From IMG/VR virus record IMGVR_UViG_3300024054_000269, positions 96,001 through 160,000 of that record: 64,000 nucleotides of DNA. The stretch is one strand, 5' to 3'. Each line of letters opens with the position of its first letter. Position 1 is the first letter of the stretch. Origin of the DNA: a virus. This document shows positions 63,898 through 64,000 of the stretch, piece after piece. Position numbers and translations under genes: made by a program. The notes beneath the pieces are model-generated. The model searched no databases, had not been told where the DNA came from, and saw nothing but the letters and a program-made list of their open reading frames with translations.

Positions 63898-64000
63898 CGT
63901 GTTTACTTCAACTTTCCATAAATTTTTCCGTAGATGCCCCTGTCAGGCATATCCAAAACTTCTGGGTTACCTGGAAGTTTGGAATCTATAAAGGCTTGTT

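Noticed and set aside
1-64000. Alternative genetic code (stop-codon recoding, as in some large phages)
   Set aside because: Long genes are intact in code 11, and TAA, TAG and TGA all serve as stops with coupled overlaps.
1-64000. Eukaryotic giant virus or bacterial chromosome
   Set aside because: Sigma-70 factors, SD sites, a bacterial lipobox, a tail spike and dense small phage-type ORFs indicate a bacteriophage; no housekeeping operons.

Overview
A 64 kb fragment of a large, AT-rich (about 30-35% GC by eye) tailed dsDNA bacteriophage genome, read in the standard genetic code. Layout: 1.6-16.2 kb is a virion/tail module (two paralogous large structural proteins, a tail spike with a beta-helix C-terminus, a Cys-rich lipoprotein and a membrane pair). 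16.2-26.5 kb is a replication module (SNF2 helicase, ATPase-dead DnaC-like loader, DnaB-like helicase, stand-alone primase zinc-binding domain, DnaJ, family A DNA polymerase, degenerate ThyX). 26.5-64 kb is a dense accessory region (two sigma factors, histone H1-like protein, MazG x2, HD nucleotidase, ferritin-like protein, UDG, dual-specificity phosphatase, NADAR, HNH, receiver domain, VanW, ATP-grasp, IF-1, RRM protein, DEDDh exonuclease and many small ORFs). A myxobacterial-style lipoprotein and a roughly 440 bp insert of about 67% GC suggest a Myxococcota host (inference). The strongest unexplained pattern is that 21 otherwise unrelated small ORFs, on both strands, end in the same C-terminal peptide, T-x-[ED]-hydrophobic-hydrophobic-[EDN]-[SG]-stop, conserved at protein rather than DNA level. 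Two further recurring signals are a TGTA(A/T)(T/A) box 5-8 nt before 15 start codons (leaderless transcripts) and an N-terminal IAx[RK][IL][AS] motif on several proteins. All family assignments come from recognising motifs by eye; no searches were run. No CRISPR array, rRNA or convincing tRNA was seen.
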